From the NCBI GenBank assembly GCA_005773635.1, contig SXHN01000035.1:11594-75593 (forward strand): a DNA stretch of 64,000 nt, in the 5' to 3' direction. A program made the position numbers and the translations under genes. Below the pieces are notes generated by a model. That model had not been told where the DNA came from, did no database searches, and saw only the letters and a program-made list of their open reading frames with translations. Below, one piece after another: positions 26,701 through 36,797 of this stretch; positions within the stretch are counted from its first letter, which is position 1; each line of letters starts with the position of its first letter. This DNA comes from Actinomycetota bacterium. Its GTDB lineage: Bacteria; Actinomycetota; Acidimicrobiia; IMCC26256; PALSA-610.

Positions 26701-28050
26701 ATGAGTGATCCTCGGCGAGCCATACCTAGTGTCGAATCAGTCATTCAACAGCTCCGTATCGTGTTCGACCACGAGCTCCCGCACGAATTTCTTGCCGATA
26801 GCGCTCGGCAATCCGTCAGCGCGGCACGGGCACGCGCGAATGCCGGCGAGGATGTGTCCAGCGAAGCGGTCGTCGCCGACGCAATGGCGCAGACCCAAAC
26901 CCGACGTCACAACCTGCTCAAACCTGTCATCAACGCGACAGGCATTCTGTTGCATACGAATTTGGGCCGTGCACCATTAGGCGCCACCACAATCGCCGCA
27001 ATGACTGCAAACGCGCACTACACAAACTTGGAGTTCAACATCGTCGAAGGAACGCGCGGCTCGCGACACGACCGTGCCGGCGACCTACTGGCAATGGCGT
27101 GCGGTGCCGAAGCGGGTTTGGTAGTCAACAACAACGCAGCCGCAGTGGTTCTAGTGCTAGCGACAATGGCCCGAGGTCGAGAGGTCGTGGTGTCACGCGG
27201 CGAACTCGTCGAGATCGGTGGAGGATTTCGCGTCCCGGAAATCCTCGCGGAAACTGGCGCACGATTGGTGGAAGTTGGGACAACGAACCGCACCCGGCTT
27301 GGTGACTACCAGAATGCAGTCAATGCAGACACCGCAATGACCCTCAAGATTCACGCCTCCAACTATCGAATGATCGGATTCACCGAAGCAACACCCATTG
27401 CCGAACTCGCAACGCTTGAAGTGCCGGTAGTCGTCGACGCCGGATCGGGACTCTTGGATGAACAAACGCCGTGGCTGCACCAGCGCCCAGACTGGTTGGC
27501 CGATGAGCCCGGAGTGCGGCAATGCCTGGAGGCTGGAGCACACGTTGTCACCTTCAGTGGCGACAAACTTTTGGGCGGACCACAAGCTGGAATCATCGTT
27601 GGTCGTAAAGATCTCATCGAAGTCATTAAACGCCACCCACTCGCGCGCGCGTTGCGCTGCGACAAGGTGACCCTCGCTGGCTTACAGGCGGTCGCGTTGG
27701 CCTACCTCAATCGCGACGTTTCATCCCTGCCATTGTGGTCGATGGCAACAGAGCCACTCGACGCACTCAACGAACGGGCAAGTCGCATTTGCAGTCGACT
27801 CGCGGGATCCACAGTTGTGATTACCGAGGCGGCTGCGGGGGGCGGGTCATTGCCAGGGTGGACAATTCCATCACGGGGTGTGGCTCTCGTCGTCGACAAC
27901 ACGGCTCAAGCCTTGCGAGTACTTCGCATTGAGCACCGCGTTGTGGCTCTTACACGCGATTCGCATCTGGTATGCGATCTGCGCAGTGTCGACCCTAGCG
28001 AGGACTCGCGCCTCGTCTATGCGCTGCAGTCGATTACGAACAGTCAATGA
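26701..28050 (+). CDS. selA: L-seryl-tRNA(Sec) selenium transferase
   Basis: Starts MSDPRRAIPSVESVI. Conserved SelA blocks include INATGILLHTNLGRAPL, VSRGELVEIGGGFR.PE and FSGDKLLGGPQAGIIVG (PLP Lys). It overlaps selB by 4 nt. Confidence 0.9.
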   Translation: MSDPRRAIPSVESVIQQLRIVFDHELPHEFLADSARQSVSAARARANAGEDVSSEAVVADAMAQTQTRRHNLLKPVINATGILLHTNLGRAPLGATTIAAMTANAHYTNLEFNIVEGTRGSRHDRAGDLLAMACGAEAGLVVNNNAAAVVLVLATMARGREVVVSRGELVEIGGGFRVPEILAETGARLVEVGTTNRTRLGDYQNAVNADTAMTLKIHASNYRMIGFTEATPIAELATLEVPVVVDAGSGLLDEQTPWLHQRPDWLADEPGVRQCLEAGAHVVTFSGDKLLGGPQAGIIVGRKDLIEVIKRHPLARALRCDKVTLAGLQAVALAYLNRDVSSLPLWSMATEPLDALNERASRICSRLAGSTVVITEAAAGGGSLPGWTIPSRGVALVVDNTAQALRVLRIEHRVVALTRDSHLVCDLRSVDPSEDSRLVYALQSITNSQ

Positions 28051-29855
28051 ATACAAGGGTTATCGCCACCGCCGGCCACGTCGACCACGGCAAGTCAACG
28101 CTGATCCACGCGCTCACGGGAACTGACCCTGATCGATTCCCTGAAGAAAAGGCGCGTGGCCTCACCATCGACTTGGGTTTCGCATTCGCGCAACTCGGCG
28201 ACTACACGGTCGGCTTCGTTGATGTGCCCGGCCATGTGCGTTTCGTCAAGAACATGCTTGCGGGTGTTGGCGCGGTTGAAGTGGCGTTGCTGGTAGTCGC
28301 GGCCAACGAAGGTGTGATGCCGCAAACCGCAGAGCACATCCAGATACTGCAACTGTTCGGTATTGCGCACGGCGTCATCGCGCTCACGAAAGCAGCGTTG
28401 GTCGACGACGAAACACTCGAGCTTGCTGAGCTGGAATTGCTCGATGCGCTCGAAGAGACCACGCTTGCCCAATGGCCGATCATTGCCGTCGACACGCCGA
28501 GCGGCCTTGGCCTTGATCGCATTCGGTCGGAACTCGAACTAGCCCTGGAACGCGCGCCGGCACCGGTCGATCTTCATCGACCACGCATGTGGATTGACCG
28601 AGCTTTCGCAGCCAAGGGTGCCGGGACTGTCGTTACCGGGACGCTCACCCTCGGTTCGCTCCACGTCGATGAAGAAGTGATGATCGAACCCGCAGGGCGC
28701 AGCGCACGCATTCGAAGTATCCAGTCCGGCCACACGCGCGTTGCATCGGCAACGCCAGGCACAAGAGTCGCGCTCAACCTCGCAGGGGTCGACCATCACG
28801 AGGTGCAACGCGGAGATGCGGTGGTAGGGCTGGATATCTGGCACACCACCAACGTTGTCGACGTCGAATTCCAAACGTCCGGCTCCCATGAACTGCCCGC
28901 ACGAGGAACCGTTTCGGTGCACGTCGGGAGCGGGGAACGCACTGCTCGATGGCGCCGCCTCGACGCGACTGGGACGTATGGGCGCCTGCGATTCGACAGA
29001 CCCCTGGCGCTACAGCCCTCCGACCGTCTGGTGTTGCGCTCGACCGCCCGGCGAGCAGTCATGGGCGGCGCGGTCGTGACCGATGTTGCCCCGCCGCACC
29101 ATTGGAGGTCGCCAGACTCCTCGCTCACCACTGCTGCCGAAGGGGTCATTACGACAACGCCGTGGCTGAATCTCCAACAGATAATCGGCCGCGCCGGCCT
29201 CGACCCAACGACCGCACAGCACCAATTGCATCAATCGCAGCTGACGGGAGCGATCCACAACATCGACGATACGTATATCGCAGGTTCCGCGCTGCAACAT
29301 CTGACAACATCGATTCATGATGCAGTAACGGCCTACCACGAGACGCATCCCGACGAACCCGGCGCCAACTTGGCTGAGCTCAGCAACGCGGTGGGAATCG
29401 ACGCACGCAAGCTTCGTTCAGTCGCAGCGATGCTCACCGACTTGGTCATCGACCACGAAACAATTCGCTCACAAGACCATCTGGGCAAGGCATCCGAAAC
29501 ACCCGAAGGTCGATCATTTCTCCAACAGGTTGAGGCTGCGCCGTTTTCACCACCATCGCCCACCGACGTTGGAGTAGACCTCAAAATCGTCAAGCTGCTC
29601 GTTCGAGAAGGGCTCGTTGAACAGCACAGCGACCTCTATTTCGCAACGTCTGCTCTGGATCGAGCCAAGCATGTCGTTGCGGAAGCGATCATCGCAAAAG
29701 AAACGCTGACCATCGCAGACATTCGTGACCTACTGGGAACGAGCCGGAAGTACGCGCTGCCGATTGTTGCGGTACTCGATAGCGCGGGGATCACGCGGAG
29801 ACGAGGCGACGATCGAATCGCGGGACCGCGGGCTGAGCAGGCCGCGCTCGGCTAG
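28047..29855 (+). CDS. selB: Selenocysteine-specific translation elongation factor
   Basis: 602 aa. GTPase motifs [16 protein letters not shown] and a C-terminal winged-helix extension are present. It is translationally coupled to selA. Confidence 0.9.
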   Translation: MNTRVIATAGHVDHGKSTLIHALTGTDPDRFPEEKARGLTIDLGFAFAQLGDYTVGFVDVPGHVRFVKNMLAGVGAVEVALLVVAANEGVMPQTAEHIQILQLFGIAHGVIALTKAALVDDETLELAELELLDALEETTLAQWPIIAVDTPSGLGLDRIRSELELALERAPAPVDLHRPRMWIDRAFAAKGAGTVVTGTLTLGSLHVDEEVMIEPAGRSARIRSIQSGHTRVASATPGTRVALNLAGVDHHEVQRGDAVVGLDIWHTTNVVDVEFQTSGSHELPARGTVSVHVGSGERTARWRRLDATGTYGRLRFDRPLALQPSDRLVLRSTARRAVMGGAVVTDVAPPHHWRSPDSSLTTAAEGVITTTPWLNLQQIIGRAGLDPTTAQHQLHQSQLTGAIHNIDDTYIAGSALQHLTTSIHDAVTAYHETHPDEPGANLAELSNAVGIDARKLRSVAAMLTDLVIDHETIRSQDHLGKASETPEGRSFLQQVEAAPFSPPSPTDVGVDLKIVKLLVREGLVEQHSDLYFATSALDRAKHVVAEAIIAKETLTIADIRDLLGTSRKYALPIVAVLDSAGITRRRGDDRIAGPRAEQAALG

Positions 29856-29858
29856 CGA

Positions 29859-30161
29859 TTACTGTTCCTTGCTGAAGTTCTGTTCCCAGTTGGAAAGATT
29901 TTCATTGAGCGTCCGCAGAAAATCGAATAACACCGTCGGCGGGACTTTGATGCGCGATACGACCTGACAGGGAACGCGAGTGACGGTCTGCCCATCTTGG
30001 GTCTGTGCCAGCGACGGCGGCTGGGTCACCGCGAAATCGAGCGTGAATTCGTGTGCGGTGTGCCATACCCCAAGGAAATTTGCATACACCCCGCTCGCGT
30101 TGGCTTCTGGGATCTGCATTTCGAAATGGATCGGTGGTTGAGGTTCAACTGGTTCAGTCAC
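29859..30161 (-). CDS. DUF3467-family protein
   Basis: 100 aa with the GVYANFLGVWHTAHEFTLDFAV ... VVSRIKVPP pattern. Confidence 0.6.
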   Translation of the reverse strand: MTEPVEPQPPIHFEMQIPEANASGVYANFLGVWHTAHEFTLDFAVTQPPSLAQTQDGQTVTRVPCQVVSRIKVPPTVLFDFLRTLNENLSNWEQNFSKEQ

Positions 30162-30191
30162 GGCTGAACATTAGTGTGCTAGGCAGCCGGT

Positions 30192-30455
30192 TCAGGCAGA
30201 AAGTAACCGCTCGCGCCGCTCCAACTCGGTAAGCCCTCCCCAGATCCCGTGCTGTTCTTTGGTTTCTACAGCAAACGCCAAACAATCTTCGCGCACGCTG
30301 CACGCGGCGCAGATTGCCTTAGCGCGCCGCTCACGCCGATCGCGTTCATCACGGCGCTCCGGTCGGCTCGGCGGGTAGAACGTACGCGCATTTGGGCCCC
30401 GACATTCAGCATCCAACTGCCACAACTTCGCGCGCGCTGGTGATTCACTCGCCAC
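30192..30455 (-). CDS. whiB: WhiB-family transcriptional regulator
   Basis: 87 aa with four Cys (C-x..-C-x2-C-x5-C), AKAICAACSVREDCLAFA and GIWGG. Confidence 0.9.
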   Translation of the reverse strand: MASESPARAKLWQLDAECRGPNARTFYPPSRPERRDERDRRERRAKAICAACSVREDCLAFAVETKEQHGIWGGLTELERRERLLSA

Positions 30456-30545
30456 TATTCACTCCCCTTACGACATGCCGTTAGAACGATGGCCGGAACG
30501 TATCGGGCCGACGCGCCGTTCGTAAAGAGGTGAATGAAGAAATAT

Positions 30546-31949
30546 TTACGACTCGGTCGCGTGCCCACCGCGATCTCGATAGTCCTTCGCCCCGCCAGCT
30601 TCCGGTTCAACCTCCAAAACGAGACCCTCGACGGCAACTACCCGCGCAGATTCTCCCATTTTCAGCGGTGTCGCGCGATTGGTTCGGGCTCGCCAGACAG
30701 TTTCTCGCAACGTAATCAAACCGTCGGGGTTGATATCGGTATTCGCAATACCCAACTCTCCGAGCATGCCCTCACGGCCAACAGTGGGCGTCGAGAACCT
30801 CGAACGCAACATCGCCGTCATTCCGGCGAGCATGAACAAAACGACTCCAATACACACAAGCACGATGATCCACCAAGACGGGTCGAGATCGCTCGAACCG
30901 CCATAGAGGGCTAGCGATCCCGCGACGAAGGAACCTGTGCCGATTGCGGTCCAGGGCCCTAGGCCGCCAGCTTGCACATCGACGCCGTAACCAAAAAACG
31001 CAATCACCAACAACCCAATCGCCCATCCCCGTACCGGCAGATGTGAAAATCCGAACGCGGCGAACGCCACACAGACTGCTCCAACCACTCCCGCGATTCC
31101 GATCGAGATCGTGAAAAACTCAAAGAGCAGCAACGAAGCGCCGAGGGCAAACAGGAAGTAGGCGGCCCACGGAGCACCCAAGGTGTGTTGAAGCTGCCCC
31201 GTGAGTGACAACTTCCGAAATCGCACCGGCTGATTGGGCTCCCGACGAGCGTCGCGTCCAGACCCTTTGACTTCCGCGGTTGACAACTTTTGAGGGCCTG
31301 CAGCGGTAACAATGGTTTTGCCATCGAGGCCGACGATGAGCTCACCAATGACGGGATCAATCGAGTCTGCCAGCTTGGATTCCTTGGCCTTGCGCGCGCT
31401 CACCGACGTTGAGCGCACCGATTCAATCGTCGAAACTCTTGTGGGATCGATCGGCAGATCCCTGAGATACTCCCGAGACATCGACTCGTTGTCATCGAGC
31501 CGCAACGGAGCAATAGGACCCAACTTGGCGTTGCTCGCCATCGACAAGAACGGGGCTGCTGCAGCGACAAGCGCGCTCCCGCCGCGAGCCTCGGCGCCGG
31601 CCTCGCCGACCCAGACGATGACTGGAACTTTGGCTTTGCGAATCGCGTCAGCAAGACGTTCGGGATCGGTATCAACCACGCCCTCACTGTCGAGCTGCAG
31701 AATGAGTGCAGTACTGCCATCGACTTCTGCATCATGAATGGCGTCAAGCAACAACGACGCGTTCGGCGGGTCGATCAACCCGCGGATCTGCACGACGTCG
31801 ATACCCTTGAAGCCCGTTGAAAGCTCGTCCGCAGCTTGCGATGGCGAGGCAAGCATCACAACTGCACCCAATGTGCACAATGCGATACCCAGAGTTGTTC
31901 GTCGGAGTGGGGTGGAGTTCATCATGTCGTGCATTAGCGTCAGCCTCAA
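30546..31949 (-). CDS. NfeD-family membrane-bound ClpP-class serine protease
   Basis: A signal/TM segment is followed by a ClpP-like domain, several TM helices and a C-terminal NfeD OB domain (LITLRETVWRARTN..GESARVVAVEGLVLEVEP). The start may be internal. Confidence 0.75.
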   Translation of the reverse strand: MRLTLMHDMMNSTPLRRTTLGIALCTLGAVVMLASPSQAADELSTGFKGIDVVQIRGLIDPPNASLLLDAIHDAEVDGSTALILQLDSEGVVDTDPERLADAIRKAKVPVIVWVGEAGAEARGGSALVAAAAPFLSMASNAKLGPIAPLRLDDNESMSREYLRDLPIDPTRVSTIESVRSTSVSARKAKESKLADSIDPVIGELIVGLDGKTIVTAAGPQKLSTAEVKGSGRDARREPNQPVRFRKLSLTGQLQHTLGAPWAAYFLFALGASLLLFEFFTISIGIAGVVGAVCVAFAAFGFSHLPVRGWAIGLLVIAFFGYGVDVQAGGLGPWTAIGTGSFVAGSLALYGGSSDLDPSWWIIVLVCIGVVLFMLAGMTAMLRSRFSTPTVGREGMLGELGIANTDINPDGLITLRETVWRARTNRATPLKMGESARVVAVEGLVLEVEPEAGGAKDYRDRGGHATES

Positions 31950-32875
31950 TGGAGCTGCGCCAATTCTGCTCCCAGTCGCGGGTAGTGATCGTTGCCGGCA
32001 AGGGCGGCGTGGGCAAGACGACGGTAACCGCGGCGTTGGCCCTCGCTGCTACTCGGGCGGGGCTGTCCGCGCTGATTTGTGAAGTTGAGGGCAAATCGGG
32101 TCTAGCTGCGGCCTTCGGTAGTGACGCTTTGGAGTACGACGAGCTGCACCTCGATGACCGCTTAACTGCTCGCACGTTGGCGCCCGACGACGCCATGGTC
32201 GACTACCTCGAATCGCATGGGATGAAACGGTTCTCACACCGACTGGCAAAATCCGGAGCGCTCGATGTGGTCGCTACGGCCGTCCCAGGCATGAAGGACA
32301 TTCTTGTGCTGGGCAAGATCAAGTCGCTCGAACAGCTGCCTGCCGCCGACCTGATCGTGGTGGACGCACCGGCAGCGGGCCATGCAATTACCTTCCTGCT
32401 CGCGGCCCAAGGGCTGCTCGACGCCATCCGAGTGGGGCCGATTCGCAAGCAAGCCACCGAGGTAGTGGAGATGCTCACCGACGCGACGAGATGCCAGGTG
32501 ATGTTGGTCACGCTGCCCGAAGAGACACCCGTCAACGAACTCATCGAGACTGCGTTTGCGGTCGAAGACCGCGCCGGAGTCGCGCTTGGGCCTGTCGTCG
32601 TAAACGGTTGCATGGCACCCTTGCGCGACCAGCCCGACAGCATCACGAGTCTGATGGCAGCTGGATTCTCTCTCACCACATCCACGCAAGCGATCGAGGC
32701 AGTCGCGTTTCGATCTAGCCGCCATGCGATGCAGGAGATTCAGATAGCTCGCCTCGCGGAGCAACTTCCGCTACCACAAATCCATTTACCGCAGCTTCTC
32801 ACGGCGGCAATCGGACGCGCCGAGCTCAACAAGCTTGCAGACGCGATGGCACACCAGATTGAGCTCTTGCAATGA
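31949..32875 (+). CDS. ArsA/GET3-like anion-transporting ATPase family protein
   Basis: The P-loop VVIVAGKGGVGKTTV follows ATG 31949. It is paired with a second ArsA-like gene through a 4-nt overlap. Confidence 0.8.
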   Translation: MELRQFCSQSRVVIVAGKGGVGKTTVTAALALAATRAGLSALICEVEGKSGLAAAFGSDALEYDELHLDDRLTARTLAPDDAMVDYLESHGMKRFSHRLAKSGALDVVATAVPGMKDILVLGKIKSLEQLPAADLIVVDAPAAGHAITFLLAAQGLLDAIRVGPIRKQATEVVEMLTDATRCQVMLVTLPEETPVNELIETAFAVEDRAGVALGPVVVNGCMAPLRDQPDSITSLMAAGFSLTTSTQAIEAVAFRSSRHAMQEIQIARLAEQLPLPQIHLPQLLTAAIGRAELNKLADAMAHQIELLQ

Positions 32876-33969
32876 CCGCCTTCGCGAACCTAGCGACGAC
32901 ACGAGAGATCATTGTCTGTTGCGGCACAGGTGGAGTCGGCAAGACGACCACCGCAGCAGTACTCGCGATCGAAGCCGCCCGCCGCGGTCGACGAGCGGTG
33001 GTCGTCACTATCGACCCCGCCAAACGGCTCGCCGACGCGCTCGGGCTGGACGCGCTGAGCGATGAGCCGAAGCTGATCGATCAACAAACATGGAACATTT
33101 TTGACCGCGATCCTGCCCGTTCCGGTCTTGCTCAGGGCACGTTAAGCGCGTTGATGCTCGACACCAAAAGCACCTTCGACAAGCTTGTACACGAACACGC
33201 CCCCGACGAGCCCGCCGCCGATCGCATACTCGACAATCGCTTTTATCGGAACATCTCTGGAGCACTCGGCGGTACGCAGGAATACATGGCGATGGAAAAG
33301 CTCCATGAACTCCACACAAGTGGCGAATTCGATCTCATCGTGATCGACACTCCGCCGTCGCGACACGCGCTCGACTTCTTGGACGCACCCGAACGGCTGA
33401 TGAGACTCCTCGACAACCGGATGTTTCGTTTACTCATGATGCCAACCAAGACGTATTTGAAATTGGCAGGAGCCGCATTGCAAGCATTGCTGCGCACGGT
33501 GTCTCGCGTCGTGGGTAGAGAAGTCGTTGACGATGCGATCGCATTCTTCCAGGCGTTTGAAGGCATGGAACAAGGATTTCGCGATCGTGCTGCGAAGGTG
33601 CAGGAGTTAATCGACGATCCCGCAACGGCCTTCGTGTTGGTCACAACGCCACGCCGTGATGCGGTCGATGAAGCAACGTATTTTGCGCAACGACTCGAAA
33701 GTAATGGGTTGCAGGTAGCCGGCTTGATCGTGAACCGAATCCACCCTGAGTTCGGTTCGGAGTCTCCCGAATCGTTGCGAGCGCTGGCTCATGGCAACGC
33801 CGCGATCCTCAACCTCGCCGATTTTCGTGAGATTGCAATCCGCGAACGGGAGACTCTCGAAACGCTAACGGCGAGGATCCCTAGCGATGCAGTTGGTTAC
33901 GTGCCGCTGCTCGACGAAGACGTGCACAACATCGCAACGCTGGCCACCGTAGCCACCCACCTCTTCTAA
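32872..33969 (+). CDS. ArsA/GET3-like anion-transporting ATPase family protein
   Basis: P-loop CCGTGGVGKTTTAA, plus DPAKRLADALG and VIDTPP motifs. Confidence 0.85.
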   Translation: MTAFANLATTREIIVCCGTGGVGKTTTAAVLAIEAARRGRRAVVVTIDPAKRLADALGLDALSDEPKLIDQQTWNIFDRDPARSGLAQGTLSALMLDTKSTFDKLVHEHAPDEPAADRILDNRFYRNISGALGGTQEYMAMEKLHELHTSGEFDLIVIDTPPSRHALDFLDAPERLMRLLDNRMFRLLMMPTKTYLKLAGAALQALLRTVSRVVGREVVDDAIAFFQAFEGMEQGFRDRAAKVQELIDDPATAFVLVTTPRRDAVDEATYFAQRLESNGLQVAGLIVNRIHPEFGSESPESLRALAHGNAAILNLADFREIAIRERETLETLTARIPSDAVGYVPLLDEDVHNIATLATVATHLF

Positions 33970-34076
33970 ACCTCGGTTCTGATCCTCTGGGAGCGCCCAA
34001 ACGGGCGCTCCCACGCGCGCAAAACCTGCCAAAGTTCAGCTCGGAGCCGTAGACGGGCGGCAACTAGCCTCCGCTG

Positions 34077-34466
34077 TTGATGAAGGTCTTAATTGCTGCC
34101 GATGCCGAGTGGGTTCGCAACACGATCAGGGGCGCATTTGTCGCTACTGGCCAAACCGTGATCGAGGTCGTGCGCGGTCAGGATGTCAGAAAGACCGTTG
34201 CTGTCGAATCACCCGACTTGGTGATCCTTGATAGCCAAATTGGCAATATGGGTGGTGTTGCCGTTGCGCTCGACTTGCGACTCGAAGAAGGTGCGGGCCG
34301 GCTCGACCGTTCCACCATCATCTTGTTGCTCGACCGCGAGGCCGACGAGTTCGTAGCGAAGCGCGCCAATGCGGACGCAACGCTCGTGAAGCCACTCGAT
34401 GCAGGCACGTTACGCCGCACCGCCAAGCGCCTCTTGACGAACTCTGTCGCGGCGACGCGCTCGTGA
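34077..34466 (+). CDS. Single-domain response regulator (CheY-like receiver)
   Basis: 129 aa with KVLIAADA, DLVILDSQIGNMGG and TLVKP receiver motifs. Confidence 0.75.
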   Translation: MMKVLIAADAEWVRNTIRGAFVATGQTVIEVVRGQDVRKTVAVESPDLVILDSQIGNMGGVAVALDLRLEEGAGRLDRSTIILLLDREADEFVAKRANADATLVKPLDAGTLRRTAKRLLTNSVAATRS

Positions 34467-35227
34467 ACGACATTGAGCTAGCGGGCCGCGTTGCGCGCGA
34501 AGCCGGAAAGCTGCTGCTGGAGATCCGCGCCCAAGCCGCGATCGATGGCCTCGATGGAAAAGCACTGAAGGACAAGGGCGACCACGACAGCAACGTTTTG
34601 ATCCTTGATCGTTTGCGCACAGAACGCCCGAACGACGCGATTCTTTCCGAGGAATCCAAGGACTCCGCCGAACGCCTCGCGTCGGACCGCGTGTGGATCG
34701 TCGACCCCGTCGACGGCACGCGCGAATATTCAGAAGGCCGCGAAGACTGGGCTGTGCATATCGCGCTGGTTTCCAATGGCATTCCGATCGTGGGCGCGGT
34801 TGCTCTGCCGTCGCTCGACAAGGTGCTCGTCACAAAACCCGCACCTTCAATTGTTCCATCGAACGCGCCCAAGCCGCGGCTTGTGGTGTCACGGTCGCGG
34901 CCGCCGAAACTCGCGGAATACCTTGCAGGCATTCTCGGCGCCGACCTGGTACCAATGGGATCCGCGGGAGCGAAGACGATGTCGATCATCTTGGGCCAGT
35001 CGGATATTTACGCGCACTCCGGCGGTCAATACGAATGGGATTCGTGCGCTCCAGTTGCTGTCGCTTCGGCTGCGGGATTGCACTGTTCACGCCTTGACGG
35101 ATCCGATCTCATATACAACAACGCCGATCCGTATCTGCCAGATTTGTTGGTGTGCCACAAGCAATACGCAGTGCGGGTGCTCGCGGCGATCGCGTCTGCA
35201 CCAGCGGGCTCCTTCGACACCGCCTGA
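34463..35227 (+). CDS. cysQ: 3'(2'),5'-bisphosphate nucleotidase / inositol monophosphatase family
   Basis: LSEES, WIVDPVDGTREY and WDSCAPVAVASAAG motifs are present. A GTGA overlap joins it to the receiver gene. Confidence 0.8.
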   Translation: MNDIELAGRVAREAGKLLLEIRAQAAIDGLDGKALKDKGDHDSNVLILDRLRTERPNDAILSEESKDSAERLASDRVWIVDPVDGTREYSEGREDWAVHIALVSNGIPIVGAVALPSLDKVLVTKPAPSIVPSNAPKPRLVVSRSRPPKLAEYLAGILGADLVPMGSAGAKTMSIILGQSDIYAHSGGQYEWDSCAPVAVASAAGLHCSRLDGSDLIYNNADPYLPDLLVCHKQYAVRVLAAIASAPAGSFDTA

Positions 35228-35292
35228 TTGGCAGGCGCCGCACGCCTGGCGACACACGGTTGCCGTCGCACGGTCGACGCGTTTGGCGAGTC

Positions 35293-35338
35293 GGCGACAC
35301 AGAGCCCAGACGGTTGGCGACACAGAGCCCAGACGGTT
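35293..35338. repeat. Perfect 2 x 23-bp tandem repeat (GGCGACACAGAGCCCAGACGGTT)
   Basis: The units are 35293-35315 and 35316-35338. A shortened copy, GGCGACACACGGTT, lies at 35248-35261. All are in the intergenic region upstream of tRNA-Pro. Confidence 0.9.
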
Positions 35339-35492
35339 GGCGCGTTTGTGTACCCCCGGCGGTCGAATAACGCGCCAACCCGGCATGACCCTTCAGCGAC
35401 GGCGCGAAAGTCGACCGCCCACGGTACGAAAACGCGCCAACGCTTCGAACCGCCGGGAGGGTCGACGGATAGAGTGCCCCAGCTTCACCAAA

Positions 35493-35570
35493 CGGGGTGT
35501 AGCGCAGCTTGGTTAGCGCGCAGCGTTCGGGACGCTGAGGCCCCGGGTTCAAATCCCGGCACCCCGACCA
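35493..35570 (+). tRNA. tRNA-Pro (anticodon CGG), CCA encoded
   Basis: The acceptor CGGGGTG pairs with CACCCCG. The anticodon arm is CAGCG-TTCGGGA-CGCTG, the T arm is CCGGG-TTCAAAT-CCCGG, and the 3' end is ACCA. Confidence 0.9.
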
Positions 35571-35733
35571 CATAAGTCCAGTTCAGAGCCTATGCAATTC
35601 AACTAGGCAAAACCGGCAGGCAAATTCCATCCCGCGAGCATCCCGCGGACGATTGAAAAAGCAGTCGCGAAAACCGACGCGAGCAGTCGAAGCGCTGTAG
35701 CGCAGCGACCCACGCGAATTTGCCGAACGGGTA

Positions 35734-35772
35734 CTTGCATAACGCTCACAGACCGGGCAATCGGAGCGGGTT
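35734..35772 (+). repeat. Island repeat copy R1
   Basis: CTTGCATAACGCTCACAGACCGGGCAATCGGAGCGGGTT. Confidence 0.9.
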
Positions 35773-35858
35773 ACCCCGCGACTCTCGATGCTTGACTCAC
35801 ACACTGCCATCAGGGCATTATGCGCCGGTGTTGAAGCGGCGCACTTCTCGACGCGGCC

Positions 35859-36407
35859 TTGCGAAACTGCGAGCACGGTGTGATTGACGACGAGGCCCAA
35901 GTCGCTGTCGAAGTCGTTGTGACCCGACATGACATTGCCGCGTTAATGCGCTCGTTTGAGGGCGATGCGCCTGCTCGAATGCGCTTCGTTGGTGGGTCGT
36001 GGATGTTTCTTAAAGGTTTGAGTGGTGTCTCCGCCGTGGTTTTCACGATAGTGACACCGTGGGCATGGGTTCTTGTCGCTCTTGAAGGTGCCGTGCTCAC
36101 TCTCGAATTCGTAGGTCGTCGACAACAACAATCGTTGTACCCCGTCGCCGCATTCAACGGCCAGTATCTCGCATCTCCGGAGGGGATGGTACGGACCAAT
36201 AGCTTTTCGCAAACAACAGTGGCGTGGCCGAGTATCGTCGCACGAAGTACCGGCGATCGTTACCTCATCTTGTGCGGCGGTTCCGGTTGGGTGATCCCAT
36301 TTCGCTGTTTCAACTCCGACGAGCATCGCGAACATTTCCACGGTGTTCTCATGCACGTTGCAGCGAAAGATTCACCCAACCCGAACGCGTCATCTCCCAG
36401 CACATAG
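35859..36407 (+). CDS. YcxB-like small membrane protein (two central TM helices)
   Basis: The sequence has VVVTRHDIAALMRS..., two hydrophobic helices (GVSAVVFTIVTPWAWVLVALEGAVLTL) and a C-terminal WPSIV..YLILCGGSGWVIPFRCF, matching the YcxB-type layout. The start is uncertain (TTG 35859 or GTG 35880). Confidence 0.5.
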   Translation: MRNCEHGVIDDEAQVAVEVVVTRHDIAALMRSFEGDAPARMRFVGGSWMFLKGLSGVSAVVFTIVTPWAWVLVALEGAVLTLEFVGRRQQQSLYPVAAFNGQYLASPEGMVRTNSFSQTTVAWPSIVARSTGDRYLILCGGSGWVIPFRCFNSDEHREHFHGVLMHVAAKDSPNPNASSPST

Positions 36408-36424
36408 CTCTCTGCCGCCCGGTG

Positions 36425-36462
36425 CTTGCATAACGAGGCGGATCGGGCATTCGGAGCGGTTG
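36425..36462 (+). repeat. Island repeat copy R2
   Basis: CTTGCATAACGAGGCGGATCGGGCATTCGGAGCGGTTG, beginning 17 nt after the stop of the YcxB-like gene. Confidence 0.85.
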
Positions 36463-36467
36463 TCGAT

Positions 36468-36782
36468 CTACTCGGGTAATACGAATGACTGAGCGGCAAT
36501 CACGATGGCGTCTCCGCTTTGCATCTCGATCGTTAGCTCGCCGGGCGCAACACTCAATGAGTTGACCGAGACGCTGGGACCCCACGGTTGTTGACGGGAC
36601 ACACGGACTTCGAGCACTTCCTTTGCAACGAGGGCAAAGGTGCTCACTGCATTGCTCAGGAGAACAACGGCGCTACCGGTGGCCCAGTCGAACTCGACGC
36701 TGAGCAGAGTGGCGTCATGGAAGTCCATCGACGTGAAGGTACTGCCCTGCGTCACGACACGTCTGCCGTTTGGTACTTGCAT
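36468..36782 (-). CDS. Hypothetical small protein, inverted relative to the repeat array
   Basis: 104-aa ORF with a beta-rich, coding-like sequence (MDFHDATLLSVEFDWATGSAVVLLSN...). Its ATG (36782) lies inside the CTTGCAT of repeat R3; an alternative start is M19 at 36728. Confidence 0.5.
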   Translation of the reverse strand: MQVPNGRRVVTQGSTFTSMDFHDATLLSVEFDWATGSAVVLLSNAVSTFALVAKEVLEVRVSRQQPWGPSVSVNSLSVAPGELTIEMQSGDAIVIAAQSFVLPE

Positions 36783-36797
36783 AACGCTCGCAGACCG
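36776..36797 (+). repeat. Island repeat copy R3, left half (interrupted by IS)
   Basis: CTTGCATAACGCTCGCAGACCG; the match to the consensus then stops abruptly at 36798. Confidence 0.85.

Noticed and set aside
31817-31949. Overlapping divergent starts of NfeD (31949, minus) and the ArsA-like gene (long form from 31817, plus)
   Set aside because: The ArsA P-loop begins right after ATG 31949, and the NfeD signal sequence starts a few codons in (MHDMMNSTPL...). The overlap is most likely an artefact of taking the longest ORFs.
35583-36199. Minus-strand ORFs 35583-35930 and 35810-36199 just after tRNA-Pro
   Set aside because: Their composition is Arg/Cys/Ser-rich. They run across repeat R1 and antisense to the YcxB-like gene, and have no start context.
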